Source of the DNA: an uncultured Polynucleobacter sp.
Lineage (GTDB): Bacteria; Pseudomonadota; Gammaproteobacteria; Burkholderiales; Burkholderiaceae
Length of the DNA: 64,000 nt
Direction of reading: 5' to 3'
Assembly (NCBI GenBank): GCA_964343915.1
Contig: CAYFKY010000001.1
Location: 6,219-70,218 of the forward strand
A program made the translations under genes and the position numbers. The notes beneath the pieces were generated by a model. That model was not told where the DNA came from. It did no database searches and worked only from the letters and a program-made list of their open reading frames with translations. Shown here one piece after another: positions 29,322 through 39,916 of this stretch (positions are counted from its first letter, which is position 1; each line of letters starts with the position of its first letter).

Positions 29322-30539
29322 ATGAAACAAAAAATGATTGCACAAGCGGTCACGGCGCTTTGCTTATCAGCAATGGCTGTTGGCGCACAAGCTCAAAAAG
29401 TGAGTGATGATGTGGTTAAGATTGGTGTTTTGACAGATTTGTCAGGCGCTTATTCTGATTTGTCTGGCCAAGGCTCTGTTGTTGCAGCTCGCATGGCGAT
29501 TGAGGACTTCTCAAAGAGCAAAACTGTGCTTGGCAAAAAAATTGAATTGATCTCTGCTGACCACCAAAACAAAGCTGACATCACTGCGAATAAAGCACGT
29601 GAGTGGTTTGATAAAGAAAAAGTAGACGTGATTGTTGACTTGGTAACAACTAGTGCAGCTTTAGCTGCAATGGAAGTGGCTGAGCAAAAAAATAAAATCA
29701 CTTTGATTTCTGGTGCGGCTTCTAGTGCTATTACAGGCGCAAAATGTACAGCTACCAACGTACATTGGACATATGACACATACGCTTTGTCAGCTGGTAC
29801 AGGTAATGCGATGGTTAAAGCTGGTAAGAAGAGCTGGTTCTTCGTGACTGCTGACTATGCATTTGGCCATAGCTTGGAGGGTGATACATCAGCAGTGGTT
29901 AAATCTGCTGGTGGCTCAGTGGTTGGTTCAGTACGCCATCCATTCCCAGGCAGCGACTTTTCTAGTTTCTTGTTGAAAGCCCAATCTTCTGGGGCGCAAG
30001 TGATTGGCTTGGCCAATGCTGGTGCTGATACGATTAACTCAATTAAGCAAGCCGCTGAATTTGGCATTTCACAAAAGCAAACAATTGTTCCTTTGTTGAT
30101 GTTTATTACAGACGTGCATTCATTGGGTCTTAAAACAGCTCAAGGTTTGACAGTGACAGAGGGTTTCTATTGGGACTTTAATGACCAAACTCGTGCTTGG
30201 TCTAAGCGTTTCTTTGCGCAACACAAGCGTATGCCAACCATGGTTCATGCTGGCGTGTACTCATCTGTGATGAATTATTTGAAAGCTGTTGAAGCAACTA
30301 AGTCTGATGACACTAATACTGTGATGGCGAAGTTGAGATCAACTCCAATCAACGATGGCTTATTCAAAGGTGTGATTCGTGCCGATGGTAAGTTTGAACA
30401 TGATATGTACTTGCTAGAAGTGAAGAAGCCTGCTGAATCTACAACACCATGGGATTACTACCATGTGCGTGCGGTGATTCCAGCTAAGGATGCAACTTTG
30501 CCGCTATCTAAGTCAGTATGTAAATTGGTTAAGAAGTAA
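29322..30539 (+). CDS. ABC substrate-binding protein (LivJ/K-like, Peripla_BP_6)
   Basis: Signal peptide, 'KIGVLTDLSG', 'ADHQNKAD' and 'TADYAFG'. Confidence 0.9.
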   Translation: MKQKMIAQAVTALCLSAMAVGAQAQKVSDDVVKIGVLTDLSGAYSDLSGQGSVVAARMAIEDFSKSKTVLGKKIELISADHQNKADITANKAREWFDKEKVDVIVDLVTTSAALAAMEVAEQKNKITLISGAASSAITGAKCTATNVHWTYDTYALSAGTGNAMVKAGKKSWFFVTADYAFGHSLEGDTSAVVKSAGGSVVGSVRHPFPGSDFSSFLLKAQSSGAQVIGLANAGADTINSIKQAAEFGISQKQTIVPLLMFITDVHSLGLKTAQGLTVTEGFYWDFNDQTRAWSKRFFAQHKRMPTMVHAGVYSSVMNYLKAVEATKSDDTNTVMAKLRSTPINDGLFKGVIRADGKFEHDMYLLEVKKPAESTTPWDYYHVRAVIPAKDATLPLSKSVCKLVKK

Positions 30540-30568
30540 TCTTTAGTAAGAACACGGAGTAACGCATC

Positions 30569-31489
30569 ATGTTTGAATGGTTAGGCATCACGCCTCAAGG
30601 TTTAGTCGCTCAATTGCTGGTGGGACTGATCAATGGTTCCTTCTATGCAATCTTAAGCCTAGGCTTGGCCATCATTTTCGGTTTGCTGAATGTGATTAAT
30701 TTCACACATGGTGCGCAATATATGCTCGGTGCTTTTATTTCATGGATAGGGCTTACTCAACTGGGCAACTGGTTGGGTATGCCTGATCTATCTGTGAACT
30801 ATTGGGTGGCACTGTTTTTGTCCCCAATCATTGTTGGAGCGATTGGTATTCTGATTGAGAAGACCATGCTCAAGCGCCTTTATCACTTAGATCATTTGTA
30901 TGGTCTATTGTTAACCTTTGGTTTGGCGCTAGTCACAGAAGGAATGTTCCGTCATTGGTACGGTATCTCTGGTGAGAGCTATGGTGTACCTGAAGCTCTA
31001 CAAGGTGGTATTCAAATTGAAAGTCTAGGATTATTCCTACCTAAATATCGTTTGTGGGTGATTGTTGCATCACTCACCGTGTGCTTTGCATCTTGGTATG
31101 TGATTGAAAAGACCAAGCTAGGTAACTACCTAAGAGCGGGCACAGAAAATCCAAAGTTATTGCAGGCTTTAGGCATCAATGTGCCTTTGATGATCACATT
31201 GACTTATGGTTTTGGCGTTGCTTTAGCAGCATTTGCTGGTGTATTGGCAGCTCCAGTGTTTCAGGTGAACCCGATCATGGGCTCGAACCTCATCATTGTG
31301 GTGTTTGCTGTGGTGGTGATCGGCGGTATGGGATCCATCATGGGTTCTATCGTGACGGGCCTAACCTTGGGCTTGTTAGAAGGTTTAACTAAAGTCTTTT
31401 ATGCAGAAGCATCAGGTGTGGTGATATTTGTGATTATGGCGATTGTGTTGTTATTGCGCCCAGCCGGTTTATTTGGGAAAGAAAAATGA
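30569..31489 (+). CDS. livH: Branched-chain amino acid ABC permease (LivH-like)
   Basis: 'GLAIIFGLLNVINFTHG' and 'VVIGGMGS'. Confidence 0.88.
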   Translation: MFEWLGITPQGLVAQLLVGLINGSFYAILSLGLAIIFGLLNVINFTHGAQYMLGAFISWIGLTQLGNWLGMPDLSVNYWVALFLSPIIVGAIGILIEKTMLKRLYHLDHLYGLLLTFGLALVTEGMFRHWYGISGESYGVPEALQGGIQIESLGLFLPKYRLWVIVASLTVCFASWYVIEKTKLGNYLRAGTENPKLLQALGINVPLMITLTYGFGVALAAFAGVLAAPVFQVNPIMGSNLIIVVFAVVVIGGMGSIMGSIVTGLTLGLLEGLTKVFYAEASGVVIFVIMAIVLLLRPAGLFGKEK

Positions 31490-32415
31490 AAATAAATTCT
31501 CAAAAACTTTATTGGATATTGTTGGCTCTATTAGTTTTATTGCCACTACAAGATTTTATTTACATCGTATTTGCGATGAAGGTGCTTTGTTTTGCACTAT
31601 TCGCTTGTGCGTTTAACTTGCTCTTGGGGTACACCGGCTTGCTATCTTTTGGGCATGCGGCATTTTTTGGTGGTGCAGCCTATATCACCTCTCATGTGTG
31701 TAAAGAGTGGGGATGGACTCCAGAGCTTGGTGTTCTAGCTGGTATGACTTATGCCGGTATCACTGGTTATATTTTTGGTTCATTGGCCATTAAGCGTCAA
31801 GGTATTTACTTTGCGATGATTACTTTGGCCCTATCGCAATTGATTTTCTTCTTGGCATTACAGTTGCCATTCACACATGGTGAAGATGGTATTCAGGGTG
31901 TGCCACGTGGACATTTTTTAGGCTTGATTGATTTGTCATCTGACACTGCCTTGTACTACTTTGTGTTGGCTATTTTTGCATTGGGTTTTGCTACCATTTT
32001 AAGAACGATTCATTCACCATTTGGTCAGGTTTTGAAATCGATTCGTGAGAACGAGCCGCGCGCTATTTCGCTGGGATATGACGTGGCTAAGTTCAAGCTG
32101 ATGGCTTTTGTTATTTCTGCGTCATTAGCAGGGGTGGCTGGATCAACCAAATCCTTGGTATTCCAATTAGCATCGCTCACAGATGTTCACTGGCATATGT
32201 CTGGTGAAGTTGTCTTGATGACAATTTTGGGTGGTATCGGCACTATTTTGGGGCCAATCGTAGGTTCTACCGTTGTGGTGGGGTTGCAAAACTACCTTGC
32301 CGGTATTGGTTCCTTCAGCACCATCGTGCTAGGCATCATCTTTGTGGTTTGCGTTCTAGCCTTCCGTAGGGGTATTGTCGGAGAAGTTCAGGCATTCTTG
32401 AGTAGAAAAATTTGA
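31486..32415 (+). CDS. livM: Branched-chain amino acid ABC permease (LivM-like)
   Basis: 'GYTGLLSFGHAAF', 'YFAMITLA' and 'IRENEPRA'. Confidence 0.88.
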   Translation: MKINSQKLYWILLALLVLLPLQDFIYIVFAMKVLCFALFACAFNLLLGYTGLLSFGHAAFFGGAAYITSHVCKEWGWTPELGVLAGMTYAGITGYIFGSLAIKRQGIYFAMITLALSQLIFFLALQLPFTHGEDGIQGVPRGHFLGLIDLSSDTALYYFVLAIFALGFATILRTIHSPFGQVLKSIRENEPRAISLGYDVAKFKLMAFVISASLAGVAGSTKSLVFQLASLTDVHWHMSGEVVLMTILGGIGTILGPIVGSTVVVGLQNYLAGIGSFSTIVLGIIFVVCVLAFRRGIVGEVQAFLSRKI

Positions 32416-32441
32416 TCTACAAATGTTGATTAATTTCTCTT

Positions 32442-32467
32442 AAAAAGGGCCTTAGGGCTCTTTTTTT
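32442..32467 (+). terminator. Intrinsic terminator after the liv operon
   Basis: AAAAAGGGCC-TTAG-GGCTCTTTTTTT. Confidence 0.75.
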
Positions 32468-32592
32468 ATGGGGTTTTCATGTGACAATATCGAACATCAT
32501 TAATAAATGAATATGTGTTTAATTTTTATAATTTTTTTAAATCAAAACACAATCATTATTTAATTGAATAATTAGAGATATTGGGTATTTTT

Positions 32593-33924
32593 ATGAAGTT
32601 AAATCGAGTGGCTATTGTTGCGGGCGCAATTTTATTGCTGCAATTAGCAGGCTCGGTGAATGCTCAAAATATTAAGGCTGCGAGAAATCAAAAAAGAGTT
32701 GATTTGACTCTGTGCCATCCCCAATCTCCAGCGACACTTAATTTACGCTTTGTGCTTGAGCGAGCCATGCAGTGCAGCCCTGATTTGGCGGCATATCGAC
32801 TCGAGCACGAGTTAGCTATAGCTGACCGGGTCATTGCAGAGCAACGCCCAAATCCCAATTTAACTTTGGGCGCGGATTCAATCAATCCTCATCCAAGTCA
32901 AAGTCCTCAAGGCACAAAAAAAGTTGATAGTTCTGTGAGGATTGATCAATTAATTGAATTGGGTGGCAAGGCAAAATACAGAGCGAATGCTGCAAATGCC
33001 GCAGAGTTGGCATCCAGTTATTTCTTAAAGTATGCCGAACGAGCTGTTTTGGTAGCGATTGAGCAAATTTTTTACGATGGTTTGAGTGCGCAACAACGTG
33101 AGAAAGATTTGCAAGAAATTGTTGAGATGAATAAAAAGATATTGGATGTTGCAAGCATTCGGTATAAGGTGGGGGACATATCTCAGCTAGATTTAAACAA
33201 GATTAAATTAGATATAGCTAAAGCTAACAATGAGTATCAATTAGCTAAATCAGACTTAGCTAAAGCAAAATCAACGATTGCCAAGGCTTTGGGGTATGGC
33301 AAAACAATCACGCAGAGTTCTTTGGTGAGTGATTGGCCGGATCATGCCGCAGCTTTACCAACAATTCCTTGGGATAAGATTGAATTAAGAGGTGATTTGC
33401 AAGCCTTGAAAAGTAGAACTTTGTCAGCAGAAAATTCTCGCGATTTAGCTCGAGCATTGAAGGTGCCTGATGTTACGGTTGGTTTGCAATATAACCACTT
33501 ACCAGTAACGGGCTCAACTCAAAATGGCACGATTAATACTTACATGGTGAATTTAACCATTCCATTATTTGTCCGCCATCAGTATCAAGGCGAGGCTATG
33601 CGAGCAGAGGCGGAGTACTACAAGGCAAGAGATAATCAATTGCGCGGTGAGAAAGATGCTTTGACGCAATTGGAGTATCAAGAAACTGAGTTGCGAGCCA
33701 ATCAAGAGCGATTAAATAAAGTATTAACAGATGTTTTGCCTGGAGCGGAGCAAATTGCAACAGCAGCAGAGTTTGCTTATCAGAAGGGGGCTATTGGCGT
33801 TCTTGATTTAATTGATGCTAGAAGATCCTTGAGGCAGGCTCGTACGGAGGCATCACAAACCAGAGCTGATTTTGCAAAAAGCCTAAGTGCATTTAAATTG
33901 GCAATTGAGGTCGAAGAAAAATAA
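32593..33924 (+). CDS. TolC-family outer-membrane factor (CzcC-like)
   Basis: Signal peptide, 'RPNPNL', 'QLIELGGK' and 'AYQKGAIGVLDLIDARR'. Confidence 0.88.
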   Translation: MKLNRVAIVAGAILLLQLAGSVNAQNIKAARNQKRVDLTLCHPQSPATLNLRFVLERAMQCSPDLAAYRLEHELAIADRVIAEQRPNPNLTLGADSINPHPSQSPQGTKKVDSSVRIDQLIELGGKAKYRANAANAAELASSYFLKYAERAVLVAIEQIFYDGLSAQQREKDLQEIVEMNKKILDVASIRYKVGDISQLDLNKIKLDIAKANNEYQLAKSDLAKAKSTIAKALGYGKTITQSSLVSDWPDHAAALPTIPWDKIELRGDLQALKSRTLSAENSRDLARALKVPDVTVGLQYNHLPVTGSTQNGTINTYMVNLTIPLFVRHQYQGEAMRAEAEYYKARDNQLRGEKDALTQLEYQETELRANQERLNKVLTDVLPGAEQIATAAEFAYQKGAIGVLDLIDARRSLRQARTEASQTRADFAKSLSAFKLAIEVEEK

Positions 33925-35342
33925 TGAAAAATATTGGTCAATTTCTGAAAGACACGGGCAGCCTAATAGTTTGGTTGCTAAATTTCATCAAAAAAACTTT
34001 GATGGGTTTGTTAAAAGGTTTGTCGACTCAGTTTAGATCTAAAGCTTTCCTTCAGAAATTTCAAGCGATTGAAGCGCAAGTTATTCATCATGTGCACGAG
34101 AATCTACCTGCTGAACCGCAAAAGTTCTGGAATCTTCATCATAAGAAAGTGCTCAAAATTATCTATGTGGTGATTATTGCCATGTTGGTTTTAAATTTTG
34201 CTAAGTGCATGTACAAGCCAGGTCGGGTCGTCATTGAGCCGGTGGTAGAGGGTGAGTTGATTTACTTTAAGGGGGTTACAAAACCTCTAAATGGCATCAA
34301 GTCATCAGAATTAGTTGAAGGCGGTGTTCAAAATCTAGTACTGCCTGGGCGTTTGGTATGGAATGAGGAAAAAACTGCCAAGGTTTACAGTCCTTTTTCT
34401 GGTCGCGTGGAATCTGTTGAGGTGCAGTTGGGTGAAACGGTTAAAAAGGGCCAGTCTTTAGCGCATATTCAGTCGCCAGACTTTGGGGTGGCTCAAGCAG
34501 AGGCTCGTAAAGCTCAAGCTGCTGCAACTCTAGCTAGATCAGGTCTAAATCGGGCAAAAGAGCTATATGCCAATGGCATTATTGCCAAAAAGGATTTTGA
34601 TCAGATTGAGTCTGATGCCGCTCAGGTATTCGCTGAATTTGATCGCGCCAGTGCCAGAATAAAAGCCCTTGGCGCTAGTTATAACTCTGTTAATCAAAAG
34701 TTTCCATTGAATACACCGTTTGACGGTATTGTGGTGGAGAAGAATATCTATCCTGGACGTGAACTCAATTCTGATTTATCAAATGTACCTTTGCTGACCA
34801 TTACTGACCCCAATAATTTATGGGCGATTTTGGAAGCTTCTGAAGTGGATTTGGGTCGTTTTGAGGTTGGTGCTGAAGTGGTGATTCATAACAACACTTT
34901 GCCTAATGAGAAGCTAACAGGAAAAATTATTCAGATAGCTGATTTTATTGACCCAGTTACTAGAACTCTAAAAGTTAGAGTTGAGGTGCCAAATCATAAT
35001 AAAAAGCTACGGGCTGAAATGTTTGTGCAAGCTGATATTCCTGTAACCAATTTAGAGGGAATGATTGTGCCAGCCAAGGGTATTTTTTTGGTGGGTGATA
35101 AGCATTACGTTTTTGTTGAGTTAGATATCAATAAATATGAGCGTCACGAGGTAAAGGTGGGTAAGCGCTTTGCCGACAAAGTGGAAGTGATTGAAGGCCT
35201 TAAGCAGGATCAAAAGGTCGTTACAGAGGGTAACCTATACCTTCAAGAAATTCTTAGAGCAACCACAAGGGCTCAAAAAGGAAAAAATGAGCAGTCACCT
35301 GCAAGACTCTTAGATGATGTTAATACTGGTGTCGTTCATTAA
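33924..35342 (+). CDS. RND periplasmic adaptor (CzcB/HlyD-like) with a long N-terminal extension
   Basis: 'SPFSGRV', lipoyl/hairpin pattern, 'IDPVTRTLKVR' and 'LRAEMF'. Confidence 0.9.
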   Translation: MKNIGQFLKDTGSLIVWLLNFIKKTLMGLLKGLSTQFRSKAFLQKFQAIEAQVIHHVHENLPAEPQKFWNLHHKKVLKIIYVVIIAMLVLNFAKCMYKPGRVVIEPVVEGELIYFKGVTKPLNGIKSSELVEGGVQNLVLPGRLVWNEEKTAKVYSPFSGRVESVEVQLGETVKKGQSLAHIQSPDFGVAQAEARKAQAAATLARSGLNRAKELYANGIIAKKDFDQIESDAAQVFAEFDRASARIKALGASYNSVNQKFPLNTPFDGIVVEKNIYPGRELNSDLSNVPLLTITDPNNLWAILEASEVDLGRFEVGAEVVIHNNTLPNEKLTGKIIQIADFIDPVTRTLKVRVEVPNHNKKLRAEMFVQADIPVTNLEGMIVPAKGIFLVGDKHYVFVELDINKYERHEVKVGKRFADKVEVIEGLKQDQKVVTEGNLYLQEILRATTRAQKGKNEQSPARLLDDVNTGVVH

Positions 35343-35352
35343 GAGTTCTTGA

Positions 35353-38300
35353 ATGCTAAACAGAATCATTCGTTTTTCTTTAGATCAAAAACTCTTTGTG
35401 AGTTTGGGTTTGCTCATCCTTATTTTATCGGGCACTTTTGCATTCAAGAGTTTGCCTGTTGAGGCATTTCCTGATGTTTCTGATATTCAAGTCAACGTCA
35501 TTACTCTATACAACGGTAGAGCGGCTGAAGAAGTTGAAAAACAGGTCACGATTCCTATTGAAGTAGCTTTGTCTGGTTTGCCAAATTCTGTGCGTGTGTT
35601 TTCTCATACGCAATTTGGTTTGTCATTTTTGATGGTCACATTTAATGACAAAACCACCGACCTAATCGCTAGACAACAAGTTATTGAGCGTTTGCGCAGT
35701 GTTGATCTTCCTAACGGGGTTCAACCTGAAGTGGCGCCCTTATCAACTGCTATTGGTGAAATTTATCGATTCCGACTAAAGGGGATTGGTAAAAGCACTC
35801 AAGATTTGAGAACTTTGCAAGATTGGGTCGTTGAAAAACACATGCGGCAGGTGCCTGGTGTGGCTGATTTGGTCACAATTGGTGGTCAAGTAAAGCAGTA
35901 TGAAGTCAATCCTAATTTGGCTAAGATGCGAGACTACAAAATTAGTCTTGCGCAGCTCTTTAATGCTCTATCCAGAGCTAACTCTAATGCTGGTGGCGGT
36001 CGTGTAGAGGAAGGGCATCAGCAATTCTTACTCAGATCGATTGGTTTATTTAAATCATCAGCTGAAATTGCTGGTGTGGTGGTTGCTGAAAACCGAGGTG
36101 TGCCGATCTTGGTGCGTGATATTGCAGAAATTAAAACCTCTTATGCTCCACCACAAGGCTTAATGGCCCAAGATCAAGAAGATGACATTGTGGTTGGTAC
36201 AGTTTTGATGCGCAAGGGCGAAAATCCCACTAGAGTCCTAGAGGGCATCAAAGAAAAAGTTGAAAAGTTAAATCAAGAAATTTTGCCCAGAGGCGTTGAG
36301 ATCGAACCTTACTATGATCGCTCTTGGCTCATAGATAAAACACTCAAAACAGTTTTTGGTAATTTGGTTGAGGGCGCGATTCTGGTTGTCTTGGTGCTTT
36401 ATGCATTTTTATTGAATGTAAGAGCTGCAGCAATTGTTGCCATCACCATTCCACTCGCCTTACTCTCAACCTTCATCGGTTTGACCATTGTGGGTATTCC
36501 CGCCAATTTATTATCTTTGGGTGCGATGGACTTCGGCATCATTGTCGATGGTGCAGTCATTGTCGTTGAGAATATTTTTAGACGTTTGGGTGAGTTAAGT
36601 CCTGAGCACATGCAAAGTTCTCGTCAACGAAAGAGAGCAATTTTCAGGGCTGCAACTGAAGTAGGGCGACCAACTTTATTCTCAATCATCATCATTATCG
36701 CTGCTCACATACCAATTTTTACTTTGCAACGCCATGAGGGAAAGATTTTTGCGCCGATGGCCTATACGGTTACATCTGCTCTGATTGGATCTTTGATTAT
36801 TTCTCTCACGGTCATACCGATGCTGTGCCATTTGTTCTTGAATAAAGACATTGGTCACGAAGATTCAAAGTTTGTGCACTGGTGTAAAGACCGTTATAGG
36901 GCTGCCTTGGATTGGGCATTGAATAGCAAGGCAAAGGTTTTAAAAATAGCAGGTGGTTTAATGCTTGTGACCATCATCGTTGCTAAGTTGTTGGGTAGTG
37001 AATTCTTGCCTGAGCTTGATGAAGGCGCCATGTGGGTCAGTATTGATTTGCCAGCCTCAGTATCGATTCAAGAAGCCAAAGAACAAGCAAGAATCATGAG
37101 AGAGGTGATTTCTCAAACACCAGAGGTTTTAACAACCATCTCTAAAGTCGGTCGACCTGATGATGGTACGGATCCGAAACTGATTAACACAGTCGAAATT
37201 TTGGTGGATTTAAAACCAGAAAAAGAATGGCGTTTTTGGCATAAAAAATCTCATATTGTTAGTGAGATCGATGCTAATTTAAGGTCACTGCCAGGCGTTG
37301 AGCCTAATTTTTCACAGCCAGTGCGAGATAACATTCTGGAGAGTATTTCTCAAATCAAGGGGCAAATTGTTATCAAGGTTTTAGGTGATAGCTTAACTAG
37401 GAATAAAGATGTTGCTTCGGATGTGCTCAATCAAGTTTCGAAAGTAGAAGGTGTGGTGCGAGCCTTTATTGATAGAGAGGGCGAGTTACCTCAGTTCATT
37501 TTAGAAATCGACCGTGTACAAGCTGCTCGTTATGGCTTAAATGTGGGTGATTTGCAAGACGTGATTGAGACAGCCCTGGGCGGAAAAGTTGCCACTGAGT
37601 TATGGGAAGGTGAAAAACATTTTTCTGTGGTGGTGCGTTTGAAGGAGGGCGAACGATACCTAGGTAATTTGCCTAATACCTTGGTGTCTGCTCCCAATGG
37701 CGCTCAGATTCCTCTATCAGAAGTCATGAATTTCAAGACAGTCTCCGGTGCCATGAATATCAGCCGAGAAAACGGTCAGCGCGTTACATCTATTGGTGTA
37801 TTCATCAGAGACAGAGATATGGGTAGCGTGGTGAAAGACATGCAAGAGCGCGTTGCTAAGAATGTCAAAGTGAACGATGTTCGAATTGACTGGTCTGGTG
37901 AGTTTGAAAACCAAGAGCGAGCAATGGCTCGTTTGTCGATTGTGATTCCAATCTCTATTCTGGTTATTTTCTTGCTATTGTTTAATGCGTTTAATTCTCT
38001 ACCTAGTGCTCTCTTGATTATCTCCAACGTGCCATTTGCCATGATTGGAGGTATTTTCTTATTATTCATCACGGGAACGCCATTATCAGTTTCTGCGGCG
38101 ATTGGGTTTATTGCTTTATTTGGTCAAGCCGTGCTGAATGGTGTGATTCTGGTGACTTACTTTAATCAATTACAAGTTGAGGGTCTGACTCTTAGAGAGT
38201 CTGTTATTAAAGGTTCCGTGGAGCGTTTAAGAACGGTATTGATGACTGCCTTGTTGGCAATGTTGGGCTTGTTACCAATGGCCCTGTCTAATGGAATTGG

Positions 38301-38436
38301 TTCGGAAACTCAAAAACCTTTGGCCATTGTGGTGATTGGTGGTTTGGTGACAGCTACTTTGTTGACTTTGATCGTATTGCCAGTTCTTTATGAGACTTTC
38401 TCTAATTATTCGGCAAAACATTTGAATAACGATTAA
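35353..38436 (+). CDS. CusA/CzcA-family (HME) RND transporter
   Basis: 'PVEAFPDVS', TM4 'GAMDFGIIVDGAVIVVEN', 'RLRTVLMTA' and 'QKPLAIVVIGG'. Confidence 0.94.
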   Translation: MLNRIIRFSLDQKLFVSLGLLILILSGTFAFKSLPVEAFPDVSDIQVNVITLYNGRAAEEVEKQVTIPIEVALSGLPNSVRVFSHTQFGLSFLMVTFNDKTTDLIARQQVIERLRSVDLPNGVQPEVAPLSTAIGEIYRFRLKGIGKSTQDLRTLQDWVVEKHMRQVPGVADLVTIGGQVKQYEVNPNLAKMRDYKISLAQLFNALSRANSNAGGGRVEEGHQQFLLRSIGLFKSSAEIAGVVVAENRGVPILVRDIAEIKTSYAPPQGLMAQDQEDDIVVGTVLMRKGENPTRVLEGIKEKVEKLNQEILPRGVEIEPYYDRSWLIDKTLKTVFGNLVEGAILVVLVLYAFLLNVRAAAIVAITIPLALLSTFIGLTIVGIPANLLSLGAMDFGIIVDGAVIVVENIFRRLGELSPEHMQSSRQRKRAIFRAATEVGRPTLFSIIIIIAAHIPIFTLQRHEGKIFAPMAYTVTSALIGSLIISLTVIPMLCHLFLNKDIGHEDSKFVHWCKDRYRAALDWALNSKAKVLKIAGGLMLVTIIVAKLLGSEFLPELDEGAMWVSIDLPASVSIQEAKEQARIMREVISQTPEVLTTISKVGRPDDGTDPKLINTVEILVDLKPEKEWRFWHKKSHIVSEIDANLRSLPGVEPNFSQPVRDNILESISQIKGQIVIKVLGDSLTRNKDVASDVLNQVSKVEGVVRAFIDREGELPQFILEIDRVQAARYGLNVGDLQDVIETALGGKVATELWEGEKHFSVVVRLKEGERYLGNLPNTLVSAPNGAQIPLSEVMNFKTVSGAMNISRENGQRVTSIGVFIRDRDMGSVVKDMQERVAKNVKVNDVRIDWSGEFENQERAMARLSIVIPISILVIFLLLFNAFNSLPSALLIISNVPFAMIGGIFLLFITGTPLSVSAAIGFIALFGQAVLNGVILVTYFNQLQVEGLTLRESVIKGSVERLRTVLMTALLAMLGLLPMALSNGIGSETQKPLAIVVIGGLVTATLLTLIVLPVLYETFSNYSAKHLNND

Positions 38437-38466
38437 TCAAATCTAGAAGATAGAAAGAGAGTCTTT

Positions 38467-39378
38467 CTATCTTCTGTCTTTTAGCATTGAACGATTGGAA
38501 ACTTTTCTGTAGTCAATGTTGTTTTCATGAGCGTTGATAGATTTTTGTATAAAACGCAAGGTTTCGTTGGTCACAATTTCGCGCTCATTATCAACTGTGA
38601 TGATGTGATAGCAATCGCCTAACCATACAGCTTTTCTTGTTTCGCTACTCACTTCAGCAATGATTTGCTCGGTGTTTCGTGGGGCCGCAGTTTCATCATC
38701 AATGGCGTGTATGCACAATACATCAGCCTTTACATCGATTAATGAGTTTCTGACTTCTTTCATCATTTTTCGAGCTGTGTATAGGTGTCTGGCAGATATT
38801 TCAGCAGCGCCTACTTGAGATACCCCATCTTTTAAAAGTGATTTTGCTACACGTCGACGAAGTTCAATATTCTTAATGCCAAATGGATCTTGCTCTTTAT
38901 ATGACCAATTTCTAAACCCTAATAGATAAGGTATCAACATCAAATTTTCATACCACTTGATTGCCCATCCGTCATACCTGAGTACAGGTGAGAGTAGAGA
39001 TATCGACGTTATATCTGATCTGGCCGAAGCAACTGCTAGAGATAGAGTTGCCCCCATGCTAAGACCACATAAAGAAACTGTGGTGTAGGTCTCAAGTAGC
39101 TCAGTGATGACCATGTCTACATGCTGATGCCAAAGGTTCCAATCAATTCTTTGTGCCTTATTGAGTTTTGTGGCGGTGTAGTTTTCTATCTCGCATATAT
39201 GCACGTGATATCCAGCATCTTTTAAAGCTTTTGGGATTGAACCCAGTTCCATGGGGGTGCCACATAAACCATGTATTAAGACAACAGCGTGTTGCGAGTT
39301 GGATTGCTTGAATATTGTCACGATGTCTAGATGATAGTCAGAAGTAATATTAGGGATTATTATGACCCAATAATTCAA
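38467..39378 (-). CDS. Alpha/beta hydrolase (carboxylesterase/lipase-like); true start may be the GTG at 39321
   Basis: 'IHGLCG' oxyanion motif, nucleophile 'GLSMG', 'AIDDET' and 'CYHIITVD'. Confidence 0.88.
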   Translation of the reverse strand: MNYWVIIIPNITSDYHLDIVTIFKQSNSQHAVVLIHGLCGTPMELGSIPKALKDAGYHVHICEIENYTATKLNKAQRIDWNLWHQHVDMVITELLETYTTVSLCGLSMGATLSLAVASARSDITSISLLSPVLRYDGWAIKWYENLMLIPYLLGFRNWSYKEQDPFGIKNIELRRRVAKSLLKDGVSQVGAAEISARHLYTARKMMKEVRNSLIDVKADVLCIHAIDDETAAPRNTEQIIAEVSSETRKAVWLGDCYHIITVDNEREIVTNETLRFIQKSINAHENNIDYRKVSNRSMLKDRR

Positions 39379-39399
39379 TAATTTTCGTTTAAATAACTT

Positions 39400-39879
39400 A
39401 TGAAAATTAAAAACAGTAAGCGTTGGAATCCTCCAGATTGGAAGCCGTACTTTATTGGAGCTATTGGTTTTGCATTGGCATTCTTCTTGAGATTTTCACT
39501 GCATAGCCATTTAGACGAACATTTCCCAACACTATTCTTTGCAATCAATTGCACCATGCTGGCTTATTTCTACGGTTTTTGGCCATCATTCACCTTTTTA
39601 TTAATCAGTGTGCCAGTATCAATTTATTACTTCATCGAACCATATGGGGCGTTTGATGTGGGTATTGATACTGATGTCACAGATCAGATTGTTTTCTTTG
39701 TTGTGGCACTGCTAACAGCTATATTCTTTGAGAAATTAAGAAGAGAGCAGTACCGCGCAACGCTACTGCAACGTGTCTCTGAAAGCCGTTTTGATTTGCT
39801 GGTTGAAAATGATGCTGAATTAAGAGAAGCTATTTTTATGGCAAAAGCACAATCCAAGAGTAGTGAGGAAAATCAATAA
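39400..39879 (+). CDS. Stand-alone DUF4118 (KdpD-like TM sensor domain) membrane protein
   Basis: About four TM segments including 'AYFYGFWPS' and 'YYFIEPY', followed by a short cytoplasmic helix. Confidence 0.72.
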   Translation: MKIKNSKRWNPPDWKPYFIGAIGFALAFFLRFSLHSHLDEHFPTLFFAINCTMLAYFYGFWPSFTFLLISVPVSIYYFIEPYGAFDVGIDTDVTDQIVFFVVALLTAIFFEKLRREQYRATLLQRVSESRFDLLVENDAELREAIFMAKAQSKSSEENQ

Positions 39880-39881
39880 AT

Positions 39882-39908
39882 AAAAAGGGACCTATAGGTC
39901 CCTTTTTT
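39882..39908. terminator. Bidirectional terminator between the DUF4118 gene and tRNA-Ser
   Basis: AAAAAGGGACC-TATA-GGTCCCTTTTTT. Confidence 0.85.
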
Positions 39909-39916
39909 GTAATAGC

